In this document: one piece after another, positions 1 to 12,115 of the stretch
How the letters are laid out: the number at the start of each line of letters is the position of its first letter
Position numbering within the stretch: position 1 is the first letter of the stretch
NCBI RefSeq assembly: GCF_001194135.2
Contig: NC_068991.1
Span: 16,651,168 to 16,715,045 of the forward strand
DNA: 63,878 bases
Source: Octopus bimaculoides
Lineage: Eukaryota
Reading direction: 5' to 3'
Position numbers and translations under genes: made by a program
The notes under the pieces: model-generated
Databases searched by the model: none
Told to the model about the DNA's origin: nothing
Seen by the model: only the letters and a program-made list of their open reading frames with translations

Positions 1-286
1 GGTCCGTTGCTGTTCTAGTTTTAGTTTGGATTTCATTTGTTTTATAGCTTTTGTTGTTTCTTCTTCTTCTTCTTCGTATTTGTTAGGTAGATTGATTTCT
101 TGTTTGTATTTGTCAGCTTCCTTAAATACTGAAAACAGTTTTTTGTTTTGCTCGTGTTTTGTGGCTATTTGTATTAGTTTCCCTTGCTTCTGGAGTAGGT
201 ATTTTTGCAGTCCTATGGTGGTTATTTTATAATAGTTTTCTAGCTGTATAAGACCCCTGCCACCTTCTGTGCGTTGTATATATATA

Positions 287-320
<34 letters not shown>

Positions 321-340
321 CATTATTATTATTATCATTA

Positions 341-545
341 TTATTATTATGGCGGTGAGCGATCAGAATTGTTGGCAAAATGCCCAGTGGCATATTACCA
401 TTGTGTGTTGAAATTTCACTGAGGCCAACTTTACCTTTCATCCCTTCAGGGTTGATAGAATGAGCATCAGTCATGTACTGGAGGCTCTGCAAATGACTTC
501 TCTCCCCGCAAAAACAGCTGACCCCGTACCAAAATTTGAACTTGT
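341..545 (+). mobile_element. tRNA-derived SINE, family A (degenerate copy)
   Basis: Diverged match to the in-window family A pattern (GGCG-GAGC...TTGAAATT...GAGGCCAACTTTACCTTTCATCC...CCAAAATTTGAA) after an (ATT)n tract. Confidence 0.6.
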
Positions 546-566
546 TATTATTAACATTATTGAGTA

Positions 567-790
567 GGGCGGCGAGCTAGCAGAATCGTTAGGCACACTG
601 GGCGAGATACTTAGCATTATTTCATGTGCCGCTATGTTCTGAGTTCAAATTCTGCCGAGGTTGTCTTTGCTTTTCGTCCTTTCGGGGTTGATGAAATAAG
701 TACCAGTTATGCACTGGGGCCGCTGTAATTGACTAGTCCCCTTCCCCCAAAAAATTTTCAAGGCCTTGTGCCTAGAGTAGAAATAATAAT
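567..790 (+). mobile_element. tRNA-derived SINE, family A
   Basis: GGCGAGCTAGCAGAATCGTTAG A-box-like head, GAGTTCAAATTC B-box-like motif, body ending AGGCCTTGTGCCTAGAGTAGAA and an (AAT)n tail; about ten related copies in the window. Confidence 0.8.
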
Positions 791-799
791 TATTATTAT

Positions 800-1259
800 T
801 GAGTGAGAGTGTTGCGCATGCCATCAAAGTGACACTGGGGTATAAATATATGAAGCCCAATATACCCATCATGACTATCTGTCTGATAAGGGTATACCAG
901 GTACATGCATCACAGCCATATGTGTGTGATATATAGATCTCATATCAAGGTAAACAATACATGACCTTGTAGGTGGGGGGGGGGGGCCTGGCTAGAATTT
1001 TCTTCAGGTCGAGTAGTCTATCCTGCTCAAAATGTCTCAGAATTAGGTTTGTTTAAGGATGATGAACGACACACCTATGTTTCCAGAGGTGAATTATTCA
1101 AACCACAAAAGATTCCTCTCAATATATGGCTGTGATGCTCCCCCGCTACTTCTGCTTGTGATCAGAGATGCACATATCATCAGCCATTGAGGAACATGCT
1201 CAACTGGTTATGGTCAAACAACTGACAAGCAAATCTGTGGTATTGAGCAGAATATTTGT

Positions 1260-1262
<3 letters not shown>
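800..1262 (-). mobile_element. Probable non-LTR retroelement 3' UTR ending in (AAT)n
   Basis: Non-simple sequence that on the minus strand ends in ...CACTCTCACTCAATAATAATAAT. Assignment rests on recalled resemblance to a common octopus repeat; no ORF. Confidence 0.4.
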
Positions 1263-1282
<20 letters not shown>

Positions 1283-1294
<12 letters not shown>

Positions 1295-1402
1295 TTGGGG
1301 CCTGGTGCAGCCTCCTGGCTTGCCAGTCCTCAGTCAAACCATCCAATCCATGCCAGCATGGACAGCGGACATTAAACAATGATGATGATGATGATGATGA
1401 TG
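1283..1402 (+). mobile_element. RTE-type 3' tail fragment ending in (GAT)n
   Basis: GATTGG..CCTGGTGCAGCC...CCAGTCCTCAGTCAAACCATCCAA.CCATGC.AGCATGGA..GCGGACATTAAACAA(TGA)n; same tail as 5961-6247. Confidence 0.65.
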
Positions 1403-1689
1403 GTGAGGTTTGGTGATACAAGCAAGAAAATGGATGTCAAGACGTGAGGAGATATATTTTCATATTATTAATCGGCAGATATTCTAGAGTGACTCAGGGG
1501 CTGAGAGTTTTGTGCATTGGCGTGCTAAGTACCAAATGCATGAAACTCTTGGCACTGACTGATAAGCAGCAATGGAGGACAAACGCACACAAGTTTGTGT
1601 ATGTGAGTGTGTGTGTGTATCTATATGTATGTATATCTCCATATATGTATGTATCTATCTATGCATCCATCCATCCACATGCACAAATA

Positions 1690-1835
1690 TTTTTTCAGGT
1701 TTTGTCTACCAAATCCACTCACAAGTGTTTGGTCAAACTGAGTAGATGGCGCTTGCTGAAGGTGCCAAGCAGTGGGACTGAACCTGGAACCATGTGGTTA
1801 GGAAGCAAACTTCTTACCACATAGCCATGCCTGTA
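1690..1835 (-). mobile_element. SINE family B, 5' half
   Basis: Reverse complement of the family B head (CATGGCTATGTGGTAAGAAGTTTGCTTCC.AACCACATGGTTCC.GGTTCAGTCCC). Confidence 0.7.
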
Positions 1836-2077
1836 TCTAATATATTCACATACAGATTGTATATTTATACACACAGATACTTATACATAGCTATGTCCAT
1901 GCATGTTCACACACGCACACATCTAACAGATAGCCACATGTACACATTTACAAGCATACATGTGTTGGTACACAGCGAAATCTGCTTGTATGTCTTCTTG
2001 TGTCCCCCATCCTCTCTTTCTATCTGTCTCCCTCTTCAATCTCTTTCTATCTTTCCTTCTACCTTTCTCTCTCTCTC

Positions 2078-2120
<43 letters not shown>

Positions 2121-2527
2121 GTGTCTCTCTTGCACTTGTCTGATGTTTGACAATGGAAACATGGAAACTCAACATTGTTTCTCATCCTTGACGCTGAAGA
2201 CTGTTCCTTGATCAGAGACCATTATGAATACTGTCCTTTTCTCCAAGACTCGAGGAGAATTATTACTGCGATTGCAAAAATAAAGACAAAACCAAAAACA
2301 AAAAAAAAACAAAAAACAATTAATTCTCAAATCGGCAAACAAACAGACCAGCTTTTAGAGCAAATTTGTTTATTTATTAACATCTTTTTCCCATATTCTT
2401 GTTATCTTCTTTATTGTTCTTGCCGTTGTCAATCTAATTGTTGTTGTTGTTGTAAGTGCCATTGTTAATGATGTTGTCATCACTGTTATTGTTAGTTCTG
2501 TTGTCATTGCTCACTGTCCACCATGAG

Positions 2528-2564
<37 letters not shown>

Positions 2565-2745
2565 CATCATTATTGTTTTGTTTTGTTTTCTAACTTATCC
2601 TTGCAATATACTCTCATCCATTGCTCCCGAGGCAATAATGGTCCCCCTCCATCTGTCCCATCATCATCTTCATCATAGTTATTGTTGTCAAGGTGAGTGG
2701 TGCTGTTGCTGTTTATTGCTTTTAGTATCGATTGTACTTACATTT

Positions 2746-2794
<49 letters not shown>

Positions 2795-2814
2795 CACACA
2801 TATATATATATACA

Positions 2815-2848
<34 letters not shown>

Positions 2849-2885
2849 CATACATACACACACATGTATATAATGTATGTGTGTA

Positions 2886-2919
<34 letters not shown>

Positions 2920-3321
2920 CCAGACATTGCTTCTTGTCCTTGGGACTGAAGACTGTTCTATGATCAGAGACGAACATGAATGCAGTCCTTTTTTCCTCCA
3001 AGACTCAAGGAGAATGATTATTACAAAAATGTTTCTTCTCAAATCAACAAATATAGAAACAGATTTCTTTTTATTATTTTTCACTTTTCACGTCATCATC
3101 ATCATTTTGCTAAAGGCAGTGAGTCGGACAAAATTCTTAGTTGTATTTCTTCTGGTTCTTTACATTTTGTGCTCAAATCCTGCCAATGTTGACATTGCTG
3201 TTCAACCTTTTGGGTGTCAATAAAATGAGTTTGACTAGCTACCCTGTTGACTAGCTACCCTGCCTCACTGCCCCTCAAATTTTAGGCCTTCTTCCTATTG
3301 TTTAAAGAATTATTATTATTA

Positions 3322-3538
3322 AGGTGACAAGCTGGCAAAATGGTTAACATGCTGGATGAAATGCTTAGCAGTATTTTGTTTGTCTTTATTTTCCGAGTTC
3401 AAATTCTGCTGAGGTTGACTTTGAGGTTCATCCTTTTGGGGTCGATAACTTGAATATCAGTGAAACACTGGGGTTGATGTAGTTGACTAGGCCCCTGCCC
3501 CACCAAAAATTTCAGGCCTTGTGCCTGTAGTAGAAAGG

Positions 3539-3545
<7 letters not shown>
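3322..3545 (+). mobile_element. tRNA-derived SINE, family A
   Basis: GAGTTCAAATTCTGCTGAGGTTGACTTTG...AATTTCAGGCCTTGTGCCTGTAGTAGAAAGG followed by (ATT)n. Confidence 0.75.
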
Positions 3546-3575
<30 letters not shown>

Positions 3576-5706
3576 GCAGAGATACCCATCATTGCTCAGG
3601 ATTAAAATGGCATAATTTGTATATAATGGCTAAACTGCATTGATGGAGATATTGTGAATCCTCTATTCATTCAACATGTCAAGTATCCCTGGTATGTCAA
3701 GGCATATACCACTTTGTCTTGCGTTATCTGTCCCCTTCAATCCTGGGGAGATGTGAAAATATGAAGTTGTGAATTGATGCTGATAAGGTATACAGCAATT
3801 GGATATGACCACATTGATCAACATGTTTGCTTTTACAGGATATTGGGTATATTTTGAGGGAGATTTGGCTGCTATTTCTAGCGAGTTGAGTGACTGCATA
3901 GAGGCTCCCTTCTTTGTCAAAGATGGTAACTCTTGCACAGAACACATATTAAAAACAAAACAAAAAACAAAGAAAAATATATATTAAAAAAAAAACTCAG
4001 TTTGTGAGACATGTATAGTAAGTTTGAGAGCTTTGGTTATATTTTGGATGTTGGCATACATGACATTTCAAAGATAATCAACTGTGAGAAATTGGTGAGT
4101 AAGCAATTGTTCACATTTGATTCACTTTTGGCATTTGTGCTTCACAATTTGTGTTCACAATTAGATGTGTTTTTTTTTTTAAAGAAATACACATGTTCTG
4201 TGCTGGCATTGACAACTTTGGCCAACAAATGCATCCACACTACGTGTCTGCTGTGTTCAATACTAGATTGGTTCTAACAAAAGAAAAAAAAAAAAGAAAA
4301 AATCTTCATTCAAATGTCAAAACAGTTTTACAAAGGATATTACTGAAAGACAACTGAGCTTTGCCACTCAGTTATTTTCATTAGAATAATCTGAAAGAAG
4401 ACCAGTTGGAAGGCCCCTTGTGGTAAGAATCAATGTGAAAGCCAGCAATGTCATAGTTTTACAATGTATGTGAATGTAGGTAGATGTAAACATCTGAGGG
4501 TTATCATTTCAAATATGCTGGAATATTCTGAGAGATTAGAGATAAGAGTCAATATTGTGAAAGCTGGCAATATCTATATATAAGCTTTACAAAAATGTGA
4601 CTGCAAACAAGTAAAATTTGTTTTCTCTATTTTGATAAAAGCTGATATAAATGTTGGTTCGGTTGACTTCTCCAGTCATGCTTTACATTGTAAAGATAGT
4701 GGACGGGGGGGGGGGAGAGTAAACAAGAGATACAGTTAAAATAAGAGATGCTGGATGAGTGCACATGCTAGGCTTGGTGGAAGGCAATGAGTAAAAGAAT
4801 GCTACACACATACACACACACACACACGCGCACACAGTGTTTATCATAGAGACAGAGGAAGAGGAGAAGAAGAAATAAATGACAGATTAATTACAGGAGC
4901 TCAAATTTTGCAGAGATAGTTTTTTGATGGAGTAAATAGCGATCACATTGATAAAATTTAGAAAAATAATTACAAATATTTATCGCAAATAACCAAAGAA
5001 AAAAATTTTTAATTTTATTTTATTTTAAGGTAATAAAAATATTTTTCATTTGAAAATTAATAAGCACCAAGAAATTTGATAAAAGTTAAATAATAATTGT
5101 ATGTATGACTCATCTCCTGATATTACCTGTGGGGGTAAAAATATATTTCCAAAGTTACCTGTCATATGACAGGCAACACTGTAATTTATATATATTCCCC
5201 TAAATTTGAGACAACATTAGTGGTGGCCATCATTATAAGTGGACACCTGATCTGGCCCTAAAGGCATGTCATTCCTTTATGTCTATGCCTTTTCACACAA
5301 TATCTCTGAAAATCTCATCTCATCTTCTACAACTCCTCATCTTAATACCACCTCTAACCACCTGTGTCTACCACTCATGGCATCCCCCTCCCCTTCATCT
5401 CACACTCTCCTTTCACACACTTGCAGAGAACATGCCTCATGTTCTCTGATATCAGCAGAAAAAAATTATGGACAAGTCGGAAAACAGGCTCTAGCAATTA
5501 TTTTTGCCATAAAAAAATTTCATAGATTTTTACACGGTAGAAGTTTTTGACTGCGGACTGATCGTTGTCTGTTATTATTGATATATGGGTCAAAGAAAGG
5601 AATCCCTACCCATACTGTTAGTAGGTTGCAACGCTGGAGTACTGTATTATTAAACTATGATTTTAAGATGGAGTATATACGATCCAAGAAATTAGGACAT
5701 GATGAC

Positions 5707-6247
5707 GCTTGAAAGTCATGTGTAAGGACTTTCGAGCGAGATCATTGCCAGTGCCCCTGGACTGGCTCCTGTGCGGGTGGTACGTAAAATACACCATTTT
5801 GAGCGTGACCGTTGCCAGTACCGCCTGACTGGCCTTCGTGCAGGTGGTACGTAAAAGCACCCACTACACTCTCGGAGTGGTTGGCGTTAGGAAGGGCATC
5901 CAGCTGTAGAAACTCTGCCAAATCAGATTGGAGCCTGGTGCAGCCATCTANNNNNNNNNNTTGCCAGTGCCCCTGGACTGGCTCCTGTGCGGGTGGTACG
6001 TAAAATACACCATTTTGAGCGTGACCGTTGCCAGTACCGCCTGACTGGCCTTCGTGCAGGTGGTACGTAAAAGCACCCACTACACTCTCGGAGTGGTTGG
6101 CGTTAGGAAGGGCATCCAGCTGTAGAAACTCTGCCAAATCAGATTGGAGCCTGGTGCAGCCATCTAGTTCACCAGTCCTCAGTCAAATCGTCCAACCCAT
6201 GCTAGCATGGAAAGCGGACGTTAAACAATGATGATGATGATGATGAT
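5707..6247 (+). mobile_element. RTE-type 3' end inserted into Gypsy pol
   Basis: Interrupts pol between the RNase H motif LGHD and DCLSRL; carries GTTGGCGTTAGGAAGGGCATCCAGCTGTAG and ends in (ATG)n; ATGATGA on both sides is TSD-like. Internal 206-bp duplicate around 10 Ns. Confidence 0.8.
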
Positions 6248-7107
6248 TGTTTATCAAGACTGATTGCAAAAAATACTGAACCATTTGAAGATATTGTGGT
6301 TGTTGCATTTTGAGCAGAAAATGAAATTTAAAATGTTTAGTGTAATGTCATATGTGAACTGCCAGTCACGTTACAAGACACTGAAATAAAATCGGAAAAT
6401 GATAAACCCATTAAAAAAATATGATAGAAATGCTGAAGGCTAAAAGAGATAGAAATATGTGCAACACAAATATGCACCCATTCTCAATGTGTGATGGTGT
6501 GTTGATGCACACACAAAGAGTTGTAGTGCCAGCCACACTACAAAAACGATTACTAAAGGAATTTCACATTGGTCACCCAGGGATTTGGGGAATTAAATTG
6601 TTAATCAGAAGTTATGTATATTGGCCAGCATTGAAGAACTAGTGAAAACATGCAGAGGTTGTGCCCTAGCTGCAAAAGCATCTACCACTAAATGGTAACC
6701 ATGGCCAAAAACAGATATTCCATGGTCCAGACTGCATGTTGATTACGCAGGACCACTTAAGGGTTCATATGACCTTGTTGTGGTGGACAGTTTTTCAAAG
6801 TGGCCTGAAATGTATAAGGGTAAAAAGCCAACATCTGTGGTTACAGTAAGTTTTTTACATGAATTGTTTGCCAGATATGGTATTCCTGACACCATTGTGT
6901 CTGATAATGGAACTCAATTTCTTCAGCTGAGTTCAGAAAATTTTGTAAAATGTTCATTATTGAACATGTGACCACTCAGCCATATCATCCTAGGTCAAAT
7001 GAACAAGCAGAGCGTTTTATGGTCACTTTTAAGAGGGTGTTGAAAAAGGTGAACAATGAAGTAATGGACGACCTTGCACTTCAACAATTTCTAAGTGTGT
7101 ACTAAGC

Positions 7108-7404
7108 CAGGGGTTTTCAAACTTTTTGACTTGCAGACCCCTTTATATTTCAGGCTTTACCTTAGGGACCCCCTTATAAACGCTTACGAAATTTATACAT
7201 AAATATTTGCTTAAAATAACATTTATTTTTACATTTATTTATTTAACAGTATTTAACAAATAGGTTTATTGTCAATTAAAAGATTTCGATTAAAAAACAT
7301 ATATAAAATCAAATTGCCCATATAAAGTATTTGCTGTCCATGGACCCCCTGTCTTGTCCTTGCGGACCCCCTGTGGTCCGCGGACCACAGTTTGAAAACC
7401 CCTG
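7108..7404. mobile_element. Non-autonomous hAT (Charlie-like) MITE, 297 bp
   Basis: TIRs CAGGGGTTTTCAAACT / AGTTTGAAAACCCCTG; exact 8-bp TSD TACTAAGC at 7100-7107 and 7405-7412; sits in the Gypsy integrase C-terminal region. Confidence 0.95.
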
Positions 7405-7910
7405 TACTAAGCAACACCTAATCCAAATACCCCATCTGGAATGTCACCCACAGGATTAATGTTTGCTGGAGAGATCAGATCCATCTTTGATAAGTCAAAA
7501 GCAAGTGAAAATAGAAAAAGGGTGAACATCAAAATTCTTCATGTTAGGAGACAAATTTTTTTTTAAAACCTTATAGATATGGTAAAGAAAGCTGGGAGGA
7601 TGGTGTAATTATTAAACAAATTGGAAGAATGATATTCCTGGTAAAAAAAAAAAATGTTGAACTTAAAAGACATATTAACCAACTTAAAAAAAAGATTCAC
7701 AGAAAAAATAGTCACGAGAAATGAAATCCCCACGGAAGTATTGCATGACACACTTGAAATATCAACACCCAAACAATTTGAAACTTCACATTCTAGCACC
7801 AGAAAATGGAAAAGAACGGAAACACGAATTGAATCCTAAGTGTAAGAAATGTTAAAACTCTGAGCAGAGTTCAATTCTCAAAAGGGGAGACTAATTTAAA
7901 AAAGGGGAGA

Positions 7911-8115
7911 TGTTGTGGAAGGATTCCGAGCATCCCACAGGTCACTAAAAGTGAACAGACTCATTGTTATAAAATAAAGAACTGTGTGCAAATTGGAGCA
8001 AGCAGTTCACTGTGAGCTGTTGATTGTGAGTGTTTGAGTCTTGTGTAATAGTAAGCGTATTGTGTTGTGTGAATACTTTCTTTTTTCCTTACTTCATTAA
8101 ATTATATATCCAACA
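7911..8115 (+). repeat. Gypsy 3' LTR (205 bp)
   Basis: Starts TGTTG immediately after the polypurine tract AAAAGGGGAGA and ends CAACA; contains AATAAA. No matching 5' LTR in the window. Confidence 0.75.
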
Positions 8116-8420
8116 CCNNNNNNNNNNNNNNNNNNNNNNNNNNNNNNNNNNNNNNNNNNNNNNNNNNNNNNNNNNNNNNNNNNNNNNNNNNNNNNNNNNN
8201 NNNNNNNNNNNNNNNNNTATATATATATATATATACGTATATAAATATATATATACGTATATACATATATATATATATGCACACACACACATGTATATAT
8301 ACATATAGTTGAAATTTACAGAAAACAAAAGACGAAGACAGGTGTATAAACAACAGGCATATACATAAACATACATACATATACATACATATGCATATAT
8401 AAATAAAAATATATTATATA

Positions 8421-8452
<32 letters not shown>

Positions 8453-8460
8453 TTACACAT

Positions 8461-8513
<53 letters not shown>

Positions 8514-8976
8514 AACACACAAATAAGTATACATGCAAACACAATCCCATATACAGACACATTAACACATTTGCATATGAGTGTGTATATAACACACACA
8601 CACACACACACACACAAATAAAAAGAAAAAGAAATGTTTTGGTTGGAAAATGAGAGTAATGCAGCATCAAAAGAATATGATATAAATCTATAGAAAAGTG
8701 AACAAAAAAAGTGTAAGGTTAATGTCCTGACTGACGGCCACCATTTTTCTTATCTGTTTTATTGTTACTGTATAATTTTTAATACAACACATAACATAAT
8801 ATACATTTATACTGAACAACTCTGATTTAATGCTTCGAATTAATACTTCAGTTCTGATCTGTTGTTGACCAGTTACAATAGTTCAAGTATGGCTTATATT
8901 GGAGTACTGCTCTCTCATATATCTGTGAATCTAAGAAAATGTGTGTTACTGTTTCCGAACACACACACACACACAC

Positions 8977-9007
<31 letters not shown>

Positions 9008-9154
9008 AACATACTTAGACTGCATCTAAAAGAAGACCATCTGACCTTCTGATCGATTGATAAATAATGATTGACACAGAACAACCTCTATCTCACAGAT
9101 GAAATCTCACTCCGCCCTTCTCTCTCCCACCTCTCTCATATATTTCTATGTATG

Positions 9155-9223
<69 letters not shown>

Positions 9224-10101
9224 ACGCGTATAAACATATATAATTATACATATATACACATACACACATACATGCATGTATATATGTACATGTATATAAT
9301 AAAGAATAGTGTTAAATCTAGTTTCTTTCATCAATTATTATAAACACACACATATATATATGTATACATATACATATGTATATATGTGTATATGCACATG
9401 CATATATATACATGCATGTATATATATGTGCATATATATATACATACACATATGGATACATATATAAACATATATATGTATGTGCACATGTGTGTGTGTG
9501 CGTGTGCACATGCTCACATGCGTGCATACCCTTGTCTTGACATCCAGTGGTGGTCGTAAAAGAGCATCACTGTCATGCAAGCAATGTTCCTTTCCAGTCT
9601 CCTATGATAAGCTTATCAGGAAATACAAAACCTTGCTTGGAAACAGGTGAGGGTTGGCAACAGAAAGGGCATCCAGCCGTAGAGAAACTGCCTCAACAAA
9701 TTCCATTCAACCCATGAGAACATAGGCAAAAGGCAAATGGAAGTTCAACAAGGATGGTTATGATAATGTATGTGTTTGTTTCCACAAGTCTACACATTAA
9801 CACTGATATTGAAACCATTTGAGCTATGTAGATTTTATTGTCTCCTGAGGACCAGTGGTGTAGCTAAATAGGGGAGTAAGGAGAGCGCCCGCTCCACCTG
9901 AGCATGTTTTCCAAAATTGGCACCTTTTCGACCATTTTTTTTTTTTATCTCTTTGATTTACTATTGCAATTGGAAGAACTTTCTGGAGTCATTACTTTAT
10001 TTGACCAACGTCCTATGATTTTGAACTATCTGCTCAATCTCCTGTGATGTGTTGGTGTCTGCTGGCATCTGGAGAACCAAAACAAACCCTAATGTCATAC
10101 A

Positions 10102-11150
10102 CTTAAAGTTAACCTAGCAAAAACCAAAGTCATAGTAGGAAGGCAGACAAATCACAAATCCCTTCAGGTTGATGACCCTGCTCAATCCGTAAAAAAGTGT
10201 AGGTAGAAACTTCATAAGATGCACCCATTGTAAGCACTGGACACATAAAAGGTGCAGCAATCTCAGAGGAAGGTTAACAGGGAAACTAACTTTTGTATGT
10301 GGAATATGCATGGGCATAATAAACACTAAAAATGTGCACAAAACAGATTCCATCAACTGCCAGGGGAGGAACAAGCTAGAGGTAGTAGATAGCTTCTGTT
10401 ATCTAGGTTCCATTTTCTAGGTGACCAGGTTAGTAGTGGAGGTGGATGCTCCAAGAGCATAGCTGTGAAAATAAGATTAGGCAAGGGAAAGTTGAGAGAG
10501 CTCCTACCCCTGCTAGCAACAAAGGGCCTCTCTCTCTCTCAGAGTGAAAGGCAGATTGGATGATGCCTGTGTGTGAACAGCTATGCTTCATAACAGTGAA
10601 ACATGGGCTATAACAGCTGAGGACATGCGTAGGCTTGAAAGAAATGAAGCCAGTATGTTTCGCTGGATGTGCAATGTCAGTGTGCATGTTCGACAGAGTG
10701 TGAACATCTTGAGAGAAAAGTTAGGTATAAGAGGAATCAGAAGGTGTGCAAGAGAGACGACTGTGCCGGTCTGGTCATGTGATGCATATGGACAAGGACA
10801 GCAATGTAAAGAAGTACCAATCTCTAATTGTGGAGGGAACCTGTGGAAGATGTAGGCCCAGGAAGACATAGGACGAGTGAAGCATGATTTTTGAACTTTG
10901 AGCCTCACAGAAGCAATGACTAGTGACTGCAACCTATGGCGATGTACTGTGGTTGAGAGGACCCATGAAGCCAGGTACACTCATGCTGGTGGCATGTAAA
11001 GAACATCTCTTGAACATTGGGCCTCACGGAGGCAATGGCCAAAACCCTTGGCATTATGTCGTGCTTGAGAAGAAGACCCATCAAGGTGAACAAAATCGTA
11101 GTCATGGCAGACACTAGTGTTACGCAAATTGGCACTCACGCCTATGGCAC
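10102..11150 (+). mobile_element. 5'-truncated RTE-clade LINE: RT C-terminus with PHD-like insert, plus 3' UTR
   Basis: LKVNLAKTKV ... KLEVVDSFCYLG ... MLHNSETWAITAEDMRRLERNEASMFRWMCNV ... LREKLGIRGIR ... GRPRKT; frameshifted. Confidence 0.9.
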
Positions 11151-11275
11151 ATAAGTATACATGAAGTGGGATGCATGTATGTAAGCACGTGGTTAGTTAG
11201 AAGTTTGTACTTGTGTGCTTACATTTCTCTATAGGTATCCCTATATGTATGTGTGGTACCTGTATGTGTATGTGA

Positions 11276-11276
<1 letters not shown>

Positions 11277-11371
<95 letters not shown>

Positions 11372-11380
11372 GAGAGAGCA
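11277..11380. repeat. (GA)n microsatellite
   Basis: About 100 bp of near-pure GA repeat. Confidence 0.98.
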
Positions 11381-11751
11381 AGAGAAGTTAGCAGTTCTAA
11401 CACTGCATTCTCCTTTGATGATTGCCTTGAGGATTCTTCAGGGATACTCCAAAAATATGAAACTCGAAGGGCTGTGGATTATAACTATAAGAATGTCAGA
11501 TCAGATGTCTTGTGGTATTTGTTGTAGCTCTTTCTGTTCCATGTTCAAATCCTGCCACAATCTACTCTGAGTAGTAGATAAAAATTTGGTCACCCAGTGA
11601 CACTTTGGCTGTCTTTAACGAAGCCAACTCTGATGCAAGCATTCCAAGCCTTGTGTTCTGTTTGAGGAGACTTTCTTCTCTCCTTCCCATGACTTTTGGA
11701 AGCCCTCTAAAGGGTCATGGACACTCTCTTCTTGATTTTAAAAAAAGCATG

Positions 11752-12115
11752 TGCAGGCATGGCTGTGTAGTATGAAGTTTGCTTCCCAATCACATGGTTC
11801 CAGGTTCAGTCCCACTGCATAGCCATTGCACCTTGAGCAACTGTCTTCTACTATAGCCCGGACCAACCAAAGCCTCGTGAGTGGAGTTGGTAGTATACGG
11901 AAACTAAAAGAATCCTCTCTCTCTCTCTCTGTTTGCAGTTCACTATTGCTTCACACCAAGTAATGGTTTGTTTACATCTCTGTAACTTAGTGCTTCAGCC
12001 AAAAGAGACCAAAAGAATAAGTACCAGGATTAAAATCAAAATAGGAACAGAGGACGATAAGGTGGTGCCTCAGAATGGCCGAAGTCCAATGAGTAAAACA
12101 GGCAAAAAATAAAAG
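11752..12115 (+). mobile_element. SINE family B (degenerate, near full length)
   Basis: Head GCATGGCTGTGTAGTATGAAGTTTGCTTCCCAATCACATGGTTCCAGGTTCAGTCCC; internal (CT)n; tail ...GGTGGTGCCTCAGAATGGCC...GTAAAACAGG. Confidence 0.75.

Larger units (their letters stand above)
5425..8115 (+). mobile_element. Decayed Ty3/Gypsy LTR retrotransposon (K02A2.6-like pol), 5'-truncated, with 3' LTR
   Basis: RNase H (HAS..L..AEKNY...KQALAIIFAIKKFHRFLHGR, RLQRW..VLLNYDF.MEY), integrase Zn-binding region (EFHIGHPG...RSYVYWP...C.GC) and core (WSRLHVDYAGP, VVDSFSKWPE, LFARYGIPDTIVSDNGTQF), with stops and frameshifts; polypurine tract and LTR downstream. Confidence 0.92.

Noticed and set aside
4143-4273. Minus-strand exon resembling the dystrobrevin/dystrophin VW motif (HVVWMHLLAKV)
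   Set aside because: The acceptor is strong, but there is no good donor, the frame runs through an A11 tract, and the similarity covers too few residues.
5745-6166. Exact 206-bp direct repeat (5745-5950 and 5961-6166) and ORF 5742-6137
   Set aside because: Identical copies separated by exactly 10 Ns are the signature of overlapping contigs joined in scaffolding, not a real duplication.
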